Of a stretch of 64,000 bases of DNA, positions 38,096 to 49,899 are shown piece after piece. A program made the translations under genes and the position numbers. Source of the stretch: Mobula hypostoma (taxonomy: Eukaryota); the NCBI RefSeq assembly GCF_963921235.1, contig NC_086097.1, positions 77,936,001 through 78,000,000 on the forward strand, given 5' to 3'. How positions within the stretch are numbered: position 1 is the first letter of the stretch; every line of letters starts with the position of its first letter. The notes below the pieces were generated by a model. The model worked only from the letters and a program-made list of their open reading frames with translations, searched no databases and was not told where the DNA came from.

Positions 38096-38583
38096 CACTC
38101 CAAGGCTACTTTATTAGGTCCACCTGTACATCTGTTCGATAATGCAAATATCTTCCCAGCAATCATGTGGCAACTCAAGGCAGAAAAGTGTGCAGACCTG
38201 GTCAAGAGGCTCAGTTGTTATTCAGACCAAACATCAGATCTAAATGATTTTGTGGAATGATTGTTGGTGCCAGACAGGAAAGTTTGAGTATATCAGAAAC
38301 TGCTGATCTCCTTGGATTTTCATGTACAGCAGTATCTAGAGTTTACAGAGAATGTTGTGAAAAACAAAATAAAGCCAGCATGTAGCAGGTCTGTGGGGAA
38401 AATGCCACCTTAATGAAAGAGATCAGAGGAGAATGACCAGACTGGTTCAAGCTGACAGGAATGTGGCAGTAACTTAAATAACCACATGTTAAACAGTGCT
38501 GTGCAGAAGAGCTTCTTCTGAAGAGGATGGACGACAACAGAAGACCATGAACAGGAGGTATCTAATAAAGTGGCAACTGAATG
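38096..38583. mobile_element. Tc1-like non-autonomous element
   Basis: Decayed TIRs CACTC..GGC.ACTTTATTAGGT / A.CTAATAAAGTGGC.ACTGAATG-TA; internal HTH remnant IVGARQ..LSISETADLLGFS.TAVSRVYRE. Confidence 0.7.
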
Positions 38584-38758
38584 TATTATTACTTAAAATA
38601 ATCTTGAGTGGACATCCCTTAAACTAGCATCCATATGTAATCAAGATTGGATTAGCCAAATTTGAGAGAAAATTGAACTGAAATTCTCTCAAGTTTTCTG
38701 ATAAATAAATTGAGAACTTAGTGCTCACTTAGCCACAGGTCTAAAAAAAATTGTTAAG

Positions 38759-39568
38759 TCAGTCATACTTTATTGATCCCAGGGGGAAATTGGTTTTTGT
38801 TACAGTTGCACCATAAATAATAGTCATAGAACCATAAATAGTTAAATAGTAATATGTAAATTATGCCAGTAATTATGAAATAAGTCCAGGACCAGCCTAT
38901 CAGCTCAGGATGTCTGACCTCCAAGAGAGGAGTTGTAAAGTTTGATGACCACAGGCAGGAATGACTTCCTATGACGCTCAGTGCTGCATCTCGGTGGAAT
39001 GAGTCTCTGGCTGAATGTACTCCTGTGCCCACCCAGTACATTATGTAGTGGATGGGAGACTGTCCAAGATGGCATGCAACTTAGACAGCATCCCCTTTTC
39101 AGACACCACCATCAGAGAGTCCAGTTCCATCCCCACAACATCACTGGCCTTACAAATAAGTTTGTTGATTCTGTTGGTGTCTGCTACCCTCAGTCTGCTG
39201 CCCCAGCACACAACAGCAAACATGATAGCACTGGCCACCACAGACTCATAGAACATCCTCAGCATCGTCCGGCAGATGTTAAAGGACTTCAGTCTCCTCA
39301 GGAAATAGAGACAGCTCTGACCCTTCTTGTAGACAGCCTAAGTGTTCTTTGACCAGTCCAGTTTATTGTCAATTCGTATCCCCAGGTATTTGTAATCCTC
39401 CACCATGTCCACAGTGACCCCCTGGCTGGAAACAGGGGTCACCAGTACCTCAGCTCTCCTCAGGTCTACCACCAGCTCCTTAGTCTTTTTCATATTAGGC
39501 TGCAGATAATTCTGCTCACACCATGTGACAAAGTTTCCTACAGTAGCCCTGTACTCAGCCTCATCTCC
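38759..39568 (-). mobile_element. 5'-truncated Rex1/Babar-type LINE
   Basis: Minus-strand [45 protein letters not shown]; tail AATAAAGTATGACT. Same family as 43959-44468. Confidence 0.9.
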
Positions 39569-40410
39569 CGGGTTGAGATTCTTCATCTCGAAAGAGTGTG
39601 TTATCATTGAATTCTGCCAGTTGGATTTCATGTGGTTCCATAGGTATACCCCTTGCTTCTTCCCAGGGCTGGTCAATGTGGAGAAGCACTGATTTATCAA
39701 TGAAAGACTAAACTTGGTAATATTCAGGAGTGGGTTCCCTACCTTCCAAGGATATGAGATATGAGTTGATCTTGAGAAATCTTGATTCCTACATGACTTG
39801 TGCGCTGGTCTCTGTTCAGATTTGTAAACACAGAAGGAATCAAATGGAAAATTTTCATTTTAATAGCATAACCAGAATAAATAATGCTACCATGACAACC
39901 CTTCAACATGTTGGACTAAAGGCATACCAGCATGAGTGAATGTCCAGTATATGTCATATTTCACAGGAATTTCAGTGTGAAGACAACTGTTGCCCAGAAA
40001 TAAAGTGACTGGTGCTAAAATAAATCTTTATAAAAAGTAATTTTTTATGCCGCATCAGTACATAATTTTTCTTAAGTAATCTATTTGAAATTTGCTGCTT
40101 TGAGGATTTGAGCAGTTGTGTCAGGCCACATGTCGTCATTTTGATGTAGAATGCATCTCCAGAATTAATTGTATGGTTGCACTGAAAGATTTTTAGGTAT
40201 GGAAAGTTTGCAGTTGATTACCATTTCAAAAATTTCTTAACCCACTCCTGAATATTACCAAGTTTCGTCTTTCAGTTGATAAATCAGTGCTTCTCCACAT
40301 TGACCTGCCCTGGGAAGAAGCAAGGGGTATACCTATGGAACCACATGAAATCCAACTGGCAGAATTCAATGATAACACACTCTTTCGAGATGAAGGATCT
40401 CAACCCAGGA
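39566..40410. repeat. Near-perfect 171/172-bp inverted repeat with 502-bp spacer
   Basis: 39566-39736 is the reverse complement of 40239-40410, with about 4 substitutions and one 1-bp indel by eye. Confidence 0.95.
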
Positions 40411-40967
40411 TACTGACTGGCCATTTCTCTCCATAAATGCTGACTGACCTACCGATCTCCTCCAGCTTTTTGTGATTTGCAGCATTTGCAGTCTCTCGTG
40501 TTTCCTATCTGGAGGAAGTTAATGCCCATTACCAGGTCGGTTTGGTAACAACCAATCAACCTTATCTAGTCCTGAAGGGGGGCTTGTAGTACATGGAAAG
40601 TGGAGCAACCTTACTAACTTCTTACATAATCTAACTCCTTGAAATGCACCTTCTAATAAAACTATTAGTAATGAGGATACTTTCCATTAAGCAACAATGA
40701 GATCAAAACAAATTACTCTCATAGCATGGACAATCCATTGGGCCATCAGTATCAGAATTATCCAATCAGGACCTTAGTATTTCATTAAAGTCAGGAGGAC
40801 AACACCAGTTTATGGAGTGTGTAAAGGCATTGTATAAGCAGTAGCAGATACTCCAAGAAAATATGGTGGCATTATATGTATGCTACAGGCAAACTGCAGC
40901 ATGCAGTGGGCAGAGATAATCCCACAGACAAGAGATCGGATCAAAGTTTTGTAGTCCTGATTCATCC

Positions 40968-42515
40968 ATGAGCGAAATACATGTTAGTAGGGAAGTGGTG
41001 TTAGGTAAATTGAAGGGATTGAAGGCAGATAAATCCCCAGGGCCAGATGGTCTGCATCCCAGAGTGCTTAAGGAAGTGGCCCAAGAAATAGTGGATGCAT
41101 TAGTGATAATTTTTCAAAACTCGTTAGATTCTGGACTAGTTCCTGAGGATTGGAGGGTGGCTAATGTAACCCCACTTTTTAAAAAAGGAGGGAGAGAGAA
41201 ACCGGGGAATTATAGGCCGGTTAGCCCAACGTCGGTGGTGGGGAAACTGCTGGAGTCAGTTATCAAGGATGTGATAACAGCACATTTGGAAAGCGGTGAA
41301 ATGATCGGACAAAGTCAGCATGGATTTGTGAAAGGAAAATCATGTCTGACGAATCTCATAGAATTCTTTGAGGATGTAACTAGTAGAGTGGATAGGGGAG
41401 AACCAGTGGATGTGGTATATTTGGATTTTCAAAAGGCTTTTGACAAGGTCCCACATAGGAGATTAGTGTGCAAACTTAAAGCACACGGTATTGGGGGTAA
41501 GGTATTGGTGTGGGTGGAGAATTGGTTAGCAGACAGGAAGCAAAGAGTGGGAATAAACGGGACCTTTTCAGAATGGCAGGCGGTGACTAGTGGGGTACCG
41601 CAAGGCTCAGTGCTGGGACCCCAGTTGTTTACAATATATATTAATGACTTGGATGAGGGAATTAAATGCAGCATCTCCAAGTTTGCGGATGACACAAAGC
41701 TGGGTGGCAGTGTTAGCAGTGAGGAGGATGCTAAGAGGATGCAGGGTGACTTGGATAGGTTGGGTGAGTGGGCAAACTCATGGCAGATGCAATTTAATGT
41801 GGATAAATGTGAAGTTATCCACTTTGGTGGCAAAAATAGGAAAACAGATTATTATCTGAATGGTGGCCGATTAGGAAAAGGGGAGGTGCAACGAGACCTG
41901 GGTGTCATTATACACCAGTCATTGAAAGTGGGCATGCAGGTACAGCAGGCGGTGAAAAAGGCGAACGGTATGCTGGCATTTATAGCGAGAGGATTCGAGT
42001 ACAGGAGCAGGGAGGTACTACTGCAGTTGTACAAGGCCTTGGTGAGACCACACCTGGAGTATTGTGTGCAGTTTTGGTCCCCTAATCTGAGGAAAGACAT
42101 CTTTGCCATAGAGGGAGTACAAAGAAGGTTCACCAGATTGATTCCTGGGATGACAGGTCTTTCATATGAAGAAAGACTGGATGAACTGGGCTTGTACTCG
42201 TTGGAATTTAGAAGATTGAGGGGGGATCTGATTGAAACGTATAAGATCCTAAAGGGATTGGACAGGCTAGATGCGGGAAGATTGTTCCCGATGTTGGGGA
42301 GGTCTAGAACGAGGGGTCACAGTTTGAGGATAGAGGGGAAGCCTTTTAGGACCGAGGTTAGGAAAAACTTCTTCACACAGAGAGTGGTGAATCTGTGGAA
42401 TTCTCTACCACAGCAAACTGTTGAGGCCAGTTCATTAGCTATGTTTAAAAGGAAGTTAGATATGGCCCTTGTGGCTACAGGGGTCAGGGGGTATGGAGGG
42501 AAGGCTGGGTTCTGA
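40968..42515 (+). CDS. CR1 ORF2 reverse transcriptase, C-terminal 515 aa (open but 5'-truncated, no endonuclease)
   Basis: KSPGPDG, NYRPVS, QHGF, YLDFQKAFDKVPH, GVPQGSVLGP, FADD and LVRPHLEYC motifs with no stops. Confidence 0.9.
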   Translation: MSEIHVSREVVLGKLKGLKADKSPGPDGLHPRVLKEVAQEIVDALVIIFQNSLDSGLVPEDWRVANVTPLFKKGGREKPGNYRPVSPTSVVGKLLESVIKDVITAHLESGEMIGQSQHGFVKGKSCLTNLIEFFEDVTSRVDRGEPVDVVYLDFQKAFDKVPHRRLVCKLKAHGIGGKVLVWVENWLADRKQRVGINGTFSEWQAVTSGVPQGSVLGPQLFTIYINDLDEGIKCSISKFADDTKLGGSVSSEEDAKRMQGDLDRLGEWANSWQMQFNVDKCEVIHFGGKNRKTDYYLNGGRLGKGEVQRDLGVIIHQSLKVGMQVQQAVKKANGMLAFIARGFEYRSREVLLQLYKALVRPHLEYCVQFWSPNLRKDIFAIEGVQRRFTRLIPGMTGLSYEERLDELGLYSLEFRRLRGDLIETYKILKGLDRLDAGRLFPMLGRSRTRGHSLRIEGKPFRTEVRKNFFTQRVVNLWNSLPQQTVEASSLAMFKRKLDMALVATGVRGYGGKAGF

Positions 42516-42613
42516 GTTGGATGATCAGCCATGATCATAATAAATGGTGGTGCAGGCTCGAAGGGCCGAATGGCCTACTCCTGCACCTATTTTCTATGTT
42601 TCTATGTTTCTAT
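40968..42613 (+). mobile_element. Young 5'-truncated CR1 LINE
   Basis: Uninterrupted RT frame followed by a 3' UTR with AGGGCCGAATGGCCT hairpin and (TTTCTATG)n tail. Confidence 0.97.
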
Positions 42614-43958
42614 TTGTGATAGTGGGCCACAATTAGCCTACAAACAGGAGGTAGACATTCCCGAATAGCCAAGCCCATATTCACAAGGCAGATACAGTAA
42701 GTGAGATGGATCCAGGCAGAAGGAGGAAGGGAGACTGGAAATATAGAATCAATTATCCTTAGCCTTTGTCACCTCTACCCATCACATTTTAGCTTCAATC
42801 TTAACTCCCACTCTCTTCACTCCCATCTGCCAATCACCCCTACTCACTTTGATCCACCTATTGCTGGCCAACTCTTGCTCCACTACTTCCCTCCATATAC
42901 ATCTCCTCTAACTTCCAATGCCCTGGGTGCTGGAGGTCCTTAGTAAGGGACACTGCCTTTCTGAGACTCCACTCCTTGAAGATACCCTGGGTACTTTGTA
43001 GGCTAATGCCCAAGATGGAGCCAACTAAATTTATGACCCTCTGCAGCTTCTTTCAGTCCTGTGAGGTAGCCACCCCCCATCCCCCCTACCAGACAGTGAT
43101 GCAGCCTGTCAGAATGCTCGCCACTGTACATTTATAGAAGTTATTGAGTGTATTTGTTGATGTACCAAATCTCCTCAAACTCCTCAAAGTATAGCTGCTG
43201 TCTTGCCTTCTTTATAGCTGCATCGATATGTTGGGACCAGGTTAGATCCTTCGAGATCTTGACACCCAGGAACTTGAAACTGCTCACACTCTCCATTTCT
43301 GATCCCTCTATGAGGATTGGTATGTGTTCCTTCGTCTTACCCTTCCTGAAGTTCACAATCAGCTCTTTCGTCTTACTGACGCTGAGTGCCAGGTTGTTGC
43401 TGCGGCACCATTCCACTAGTTGGCATATCTCACTCCTGTACGCCCTCTCGTCACCACCTGAGATTCTACCAACAATGGTTGTATCATCAGCAAATTTATG
43501 GATGGTAATTGAGCTACAACCTGGTCACACAGTCATGGCTATAGAGAGAGTAGAGCAGTGGGCTAAGCACAAACCCCTGATGCGCATGCACCAGTGTTGA
43601 TTGTAAATGAGGAGATGTTATCACCAATCCACACAGATTGTGGTCTTCTGGTTGGGAAGTCGAGGATCCAATTGCAGAGGGACGTACAGAGGCCCAGGTT
43701 CTGTAACTTATCAATCAGGATTATGGGAATAATGGTTTTAAATGCTGAGCTATAGTCAATGAGCAGCATCCAGATATAGGTGTTTGTATTGTCCAGGTGG
43801 TCTAAAGCCATGTGAAGAGACTTTGAGATTGCTTCTGCTGTTGACCTATTGTGGCGATAGACAAACTGCAGTGGGTCCAGGTCCTTGCTGAGGCAGGAGT
43901 TCAGTCCAATCATGACCAACCTCTTAAAGCATTTCGTCACTGTAGATGTGAGTGCCAC

Positions 43959-44468
43959 ATCTGGCGGACAATGCTGAGGATGTTCTACGAGTCTGTGGTG
44001 GCCAGTGCTATCATGTTTGCTGTTGTGGGCTGGGGCAGCAGGCTGAGGGCAGCAGACACCAACAGAATCAACAAACTCATTCATAAGGCCAGTGATGTTG
44101 TGGGGGTGGAACTGGACTCTCTGACGGTGGTGTCTGAAAAGGGGATGCTGTCCAAGTTGCATGCCATCTTGGACAATGTCTCCCATCCACTACATAATGT
44201 ACTGGTTGGGCACAGGAGTACATTCAGCCAGAGACTCATTCCACCGAGATGCAGCACAAAGCGTCATAGGAAGTCATTCCTGCCTGTGGCCATCAAACTT
44301 TACAACTCCTCCCTTGGAGGGTCAGACACCCTGAGCCAATAGGCTGGTCCTGGACTTATTTCCTGGCATAATTTACATATTACTATTTATGGTTTTATTA
44401 CTATTTAATTATTTATGGTGCAACTGTAACGAAAACCAATTTCCCCCGGGATCAGTAAAGTATGACTA
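43959..44468 (+). mobile_element. 5'-truncated Rex1/Babar-type LINE 3' end (nested)
   Basis: [22 protein letters not shown]...SFLPVAIKLYNS; tail TAAAGTATGACT; highly similar to 38759-39280. Confidence 0.9.
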
Positions 44469-44626
44469 CCGGGTGATATCCATTAAGGGAGCTCGCATTA
44501 TTCTTAGGCAGTGGTATAATTGTCACCTTTTTGAAGTTGGAACTTCTGCCCATAGCAGTGAGAGGTTGAAAATGTCCTTGAATACTCCTACCAGTTGGTT
44601 GGCATAGGTTTTCAGAGCCTTACCAG

Positions 44627-45964
44627 CAATGTTCCCTCTAATTTTTAGTAGTCAGTGTGCACAAAAATCTTTTGTGCAAATGTTTTTCCTGTGACAAAAG
44701 TATGTGCGCACTGAATGCGCGCATGGCATAGTTTATGTAGGTTTACAAAATATTTGATATAAAACTGCACAGAATAACAACAAAATAACATACATATTTA
44801 AGTCACTCAGTTATTTTTTCTCTCCTGTCTTTGGCATTTACCCATTCTTTGTAAACTATCTAGACTAATAGAACTTCCATCCAATTGATAGCATTTGATT
44901 CTTATTAAAATATCCAAATGACATTCACCCAAATGGTTTCTCAGCTTGTTTTTGAGTTGATTCATTAGGCCAAAGCCTTGCTTACAGTCCGCACTAGACG
45001 CAAGAAAGGTTCCCCCAATGTCCATCAACTGTGCAAGATTGCAAAACTGTTCATTTTGAAGTACAAATGCCACCATTTGAGCAAAGTTTGAAATCAGTTT
45101 GGATTTAATTATTTCTTGCACGGAAAATTTGAAATCATTAAACTGACTAACTATTACGGTATTTTCAGCTAGAAAATCATGATATTTTAGACACAAGGCA
45201 TTAACTTGTTCATCGCCAAATGTGAAGTCACAATCTGCAATTGCGGAGAAATCAAAAGCTGACTATTCTTGTACCTCATCTTCAGGAAACCTTTCTTCTA
45301 AATGAACACAAAGACTATTTATAAAAGTCAACAGCGAACTTGTATCTACTGTGATGTTTTCTTCACGTTGTTGGCTTAGCAAAACTTTAACTTTGTCACT
45401 CCACAAAACATTGTCTCCCCGATACAGCTTTCTTATCTTGTTAATTTTGTGTCGAGCAAAATGAAGTGAATTAATCAGTGTCAGGCCACTCTTTTGCAGA
45501 ATCTTGCACAGTGCAGCCAGTTCATCAAAGAAATCACTTAAAACCTGTAAAGCTACTTTGTATGTGATGTTTATCCATTTCTTGTGACAGTATTTAGCCG
45601 CAAGGTTATTTGACAGATCTTTTTCAATAAAAACTTAGTAAGCTATCTACAGGATTTGAAACAGATCTTTGTCAACTTTACAATATGAACACGGTCCGCC
45701 AAAGATGGCTGCCGCCGTGATGCAGCTGTACAAACCGGAACAGGACGGTGAGGTGATGTAAATTAGTGACGTGCATTATGGTATTTGAAAAACTGACTAA
45801 CTAGTTAACAGAAACATTTAGCTAAAAGATTATTTTCAATAAGTATAAATATTAATTACTACATTATTTTAGGTAACTAACCTGTGTGCACATTAATTTC
45901 CTTTGTGTGCTGGTTGAAAAACGTGTGTGCACGCACACACGTGCACAACTTAGAGGGAATATAG
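44627..45964 (-). mobile_element. Internally deleted hAT DNA transposon
   Basis: 15-bp TIRs CAATGTTCCCTCTAA / TTAGAGGGAATATAG; 8-bp TSD CTTACCAG / ATTACCAG; minus-strand hAT C-terminal dimerization motif ASSADCKQGFGLMNQLKNKLRNHL...LD.LIRI (ORF 44807-45196). Confidence 0.92.
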
Positions 45965-46156
45965 ATTACCAGTTACTCCATCAGGACCTTCCACCTTGCA
46001 AAAGTTCACTCTCTTTAAAGACAGCCTAACATCGGCTTCTGAGACAGAGATCACAGGGTCATCAGGTGCAGGATCTTCACAGCTGCAGTTAATATTCTCC
46101 CTTTCAAAGCAGGCATGGAAGGCATTGAGTTCATCAGGTTGTGAAGCATCGCTGCC

Positions 46157-46192
46157 AGTCCTGACGAAGGGTTCTGGCCCAAAACGTCGACC
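46157..46192 (+). ncRNA. Minimal hammerhead ribozyme motif in a Penelope-like terminus (one core substitution)
   Basis: AGTC-CTGACGA-A-GGGT(TCTG)GCCC-AAAA-CG-TC-GACC = stem I, CUGANGA, stem II, GAAA (here AAAA, consistent with CpG decay), palindromic ACGT, UH, stem I. The host insertion extends to ~46292. Confidence 0.7.
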
Positions 46193-46854
46193 GATCTTTT
46201 CCACTGATGCTGCCCGACCTGCTGAGTTCCTCCAGCCTGTTGCGAGTGTTGCTTTGACCCCAGCATCTGCAGATTATATTGTGTGTTTACGACTGCTATT
46301 CATGCTATTGGGTTTCTCTCTGTAGGAAGTAATGTCTTGCAAACCCTGCCAGAGTCGTCGTACATCCGATGTCACCTCCAATCTCATTCAAAATTGTCTC
46401 TTCGCCCTTGAAATAGCCCTCCACAAGTCATATCTGGGTTTCTGGTACAGGTTAGGTTTGGCAGACTTGAATGCCCCAGACTAACCTTCAGCAGATGACA
46501 TACCTCCTGGTTCATCCATGGCTTTTGGTCTGGGAACGGACAGCATCTTTGTAGGCACACGCTCATCCACACAGGTTTTAATGAAGTTTATAACATCTGC
46601 AGCATACTCACCCAGGTTCAAAGATGAATCCCTGAATACAGGCCAGTCCATCAATTCAAAGCAGCCCTGTAGACACTCATGTGCTTCCCTTGTCTAAACC
46701 TTCTTGGTCCTCACTACTGTTGCCGCAGTCTTCGGTCCCTGCCCGTACTCAGGGAGTAGAAGTACAGCCAGGTGATCACACTTCCAGAAGTGAGGGCATA
46801 GAATAGCACTGTAGGCATTCTTGATTGTTGTGTAGTAATGGTCCAAAACACAAT

Positions 46855-48288
46855 AATTGGTTGCATAAGAATTCACCCCCTTTAATATGACACACTAAAT
46901 CATCACTGGTGCAGACAATTGGTTTTAAAAGTCACATAATTAGTTAAATGGAGATCACCTGTGTGCAGTCAAGGTGTTTCAATTGATTGTAGTAAAAATA
47001 CACATGTATCTGGAAGGTCCAACTGCTGCTGAGTCAGTATCCTGGCAAACACTACACCATAAGACAAAAGTACACTCCAAGCAACCCTGCCATAAGGTTA
47101 TTGAAAAGCACAAAGTAGGAGATGGATACAAGAAAGCTTCCAAGTCACTGAATATCCCTTGGAGTACAGTTAAGTCAACCATCAAGAAATGCAAGAATAT
47201 GGCACAGCTGTAAATCTGCATAGAGCAGGCCGTCCTCAAAAACTGAGTCACTGTGCAAGAAGGGGACTAGTGAGGGAGGCCACCAAGAGACCTATGACAA
47301 CTCTGGGGGAGTTACAAGCTTCATTGGCTGAGATGGGAGAGACTGTACATACAATAACTGTTGCCTGGGTACTTCATCAGTCACAGCTTTATGGGACAGT
47401 GGCAATGAGAAAGCCACCATTGAAAAAAAGACTCACATAAATCTTGGCAAGAGTTTGCCTAAGTCATGTGGGAAAATCTGAAGTCAGCCAGAAGTTGTTC
47501 TATGGTCTGATGAAACCAATATTGAGCCTTTTGGCCATCAGACTAAACTCTATGTTTGGTATAAGCCAAACACCACACATCATCAAAAACACACCATCCC
47601 TACCGTGAAGCATGGTGGTGGCTGCATCATGCTGTGGGGATGCTTCACTGCAGCAGGCCATGGAAGGCTTGTGAAGGTAGAGGGTAAAATGAATGCAGCA
47701 AAATACGGGGAAATCCTGGAGGAAAACCTGATGCAGTCTGAAAGAGAACTGTGACTTGGGAGAAGATTTGTTTTCCAGCAAGACAATGACCTCAAGCATA
47801 AATCTAAAGCTACACAGGAATGGCTTAAAACAACAAAGTTAATGTTCTGGAGTGGCCAAGTTTGAGTCCAGGCCTCAATCCAATTGAAAGTTTGTGGCTG
47901 GACTTGAAAAGCACTGTTCACTCACAATCTCCATGTAACCTAACTGAGCTTGAGCAGTTTTGTAAAGAAGAATGGAGGAAAATTGCAGTGTGCAGATGTG
48001 CAAAGCTGATAGAGACCTATCCAGACAGACTCAAAGCTGTAATTGCTGCCAAAGGTGCATCGACTAAACACTAACTTGAAGGGATGTGTTGTATGCCATC
48101 AGTTATTTTGTGTTTAATAATTGTAATAAATTTAGGCCAATTTGTAGAAATTAGTTTTCACTTTGATACAAAAGAGTCTTTCTGTTGCTCAATGTCAAAA
48201 AAGCCAAATTAAATCCATTGTGATTCAATGTTATAAAAGAATAAAACATGAAAACGTCCTAGGAGATGATACATTTTATAAGCACTCT
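46855..48288 (+). mobile_element. Decayed Tc1 DNA transposon
   Basis: About 1.43 kb with decayed ends (TTGCATAAG.ATTCACCCC ... TTTTATAAGCACT) around a Tc1 transposase remnant. Confidence 0.88.
47059..48074 (+). pseudogene. Tc1 transposase pseudogene
   Basis: GDGYKK.SK.L.IP.STV..IKK (HTH), GRPQKL, WSDET, TVKHGGG.IM.WGCF, FQQDND.KH, SP.LNPIE.LW, AKG.STKH*; multiple frameshifts and stops. Confidence 0.92.
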
Positions 48289-49899
48289 ATATACAGAGTC
48301 CTTAAAACTGAGTCCATAGGTTGTGAAATCAGTTCAGTGTTGGGGTGAGTGAAGTTATCCCCTCTAGTTCAAAAGCTGATGGTTGAGGGGTAATAACTGT
48401 TCCTGAACCTCCTTCCTGATGGCAGCAGTGAGAAGAGAGGATGGCCTGGTTGTTGGGGGTCCCTAATGATAGATACTGCTTTCCTGCAACAACACTCTTT
48501 ATAAACGTACTCAGTAGTGGGGGGGGGGTTTTACCTGTGATAGACTGGGCTATATCCACACCTCCTTTTTGCAGTTTCTTTTTGCATGTTCAAGGAGCTT
48601 GGTGTTTCCATACCAGGTTGTAAGGTAACCGGTCAATACACTCTACACCATGCATCCATAGAAGTTTTTCAATGTTTTAGATGACATGCAGAATCGGTAC
48701 AAACTTCAGAAGAAGTAGAGGCACTGCCATGCTTTCTTTGCAATGGTAGTTACATGCTGAACCCAGGACAGACCCCCAGAAATGATAATGCCAAGGAACT
48801 TAAAGTTGCTGACTCCCTCTACCTCTGATCGCCTGATGAGGACTGGCTCATGGACCTTCGGTTTCCTCCTCCTGTAATCAATAACTGGCTCTTTAGTTCT
48901 GCTGACATTGAGACAGGACAAATGTAAGCAGGTTTTTTACACTGATGTTGGGTGAGATTAGAACCGGAAGTTATGATTTACGGATGAAGGGTGAAGTGTT
49001 TAAGGGGAAGGTGAGAGAAGATCTCTTCCCTCAAAAAGTGGTTACAGTGTGGAACAAGCTGCCCATGGAAGTGGTGGATGAGGGTTCAAATTCAGAGAAA
49101 TTTGGATAGGTACGTGGATGGGAGAGGTATAGGGTCCTATGGTCCAGGGGTGCAGATTGATGGCAGTAGGTAGCATAATGGTTTGGTATGGACTAGATGG
49201 GCCAAAGGACCTTTTTCTACGCTCTAGTGTTTTATTACTCTACGATTCTATAGAAAGGAAGATGTCTATGGTTGTTGGAGGTCCAACTGCGCAGTCCTAG
49301 CATGACGTTATCCCATGACATTAAATGACACTCCCATTATTAGTATACAGAAACTGAAGTGAAAAGGTACCTTGGTTACAAAAGTAGCTCAGAATTGGAA
49401 TTGGTTTAGTATTGTCATATGTACTGAAGTACAGTGAAAAGCTTGTCTTGCACACTGTTCATACAGATCAAATCATTGCACAGGTCATTGATGTAGAATG
49501 AGGTGAAACAATAACAGAACACAATAAACAGTAACAGCTGCAGAGGAAGTACAGTGCACGTAGACAATAATGTACAAGATCAAGAGCCCATCTTGTACTA
49601 GAGGACCATTCAATATTCTTATTAAAGTGAGGAAGAAGCTGTCCTTGAGCCTGTTGGTATGTGTCCAGATCTTCTAAACAAAAAGTCTGCTGTTGCTGGA
49701 AACCCAAAGCTAACACATTCAATGCTGGAGGAACTCAGCAAGTCGGGCAGCATCTATAGAAATAAATAGATAGTCGCTGTTTCATGCCAAAACCTGTCAT
49801 CAGGACTCGTATCTTCTGTCTGGTAGGAGAAGGAAGAAGAGAGAATGTCCAGGTTGGGAGGGGTGTTTGATTTTTCTGGCTGCTTTAATGAAGTAGCAA

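Larger units (their letters stand above)
43010..46850 (-). mobile_element. Decayed Rex1/Babar-type LINE carrying three nested insertions
   Basis: Minus-strand [51 protein letters not shown] and SKTKELIV.FRK motifs in collinear order across the insertions. Confidence 0.85.

Noticed and set aside
41429..42538. Minus-strand ORFs overlapping the CR1 RT (and their mirrors at 50530-51639)
   Set aside because: Antisense shadows of the CR1 frame; recurrence only reflects the duplicated element.
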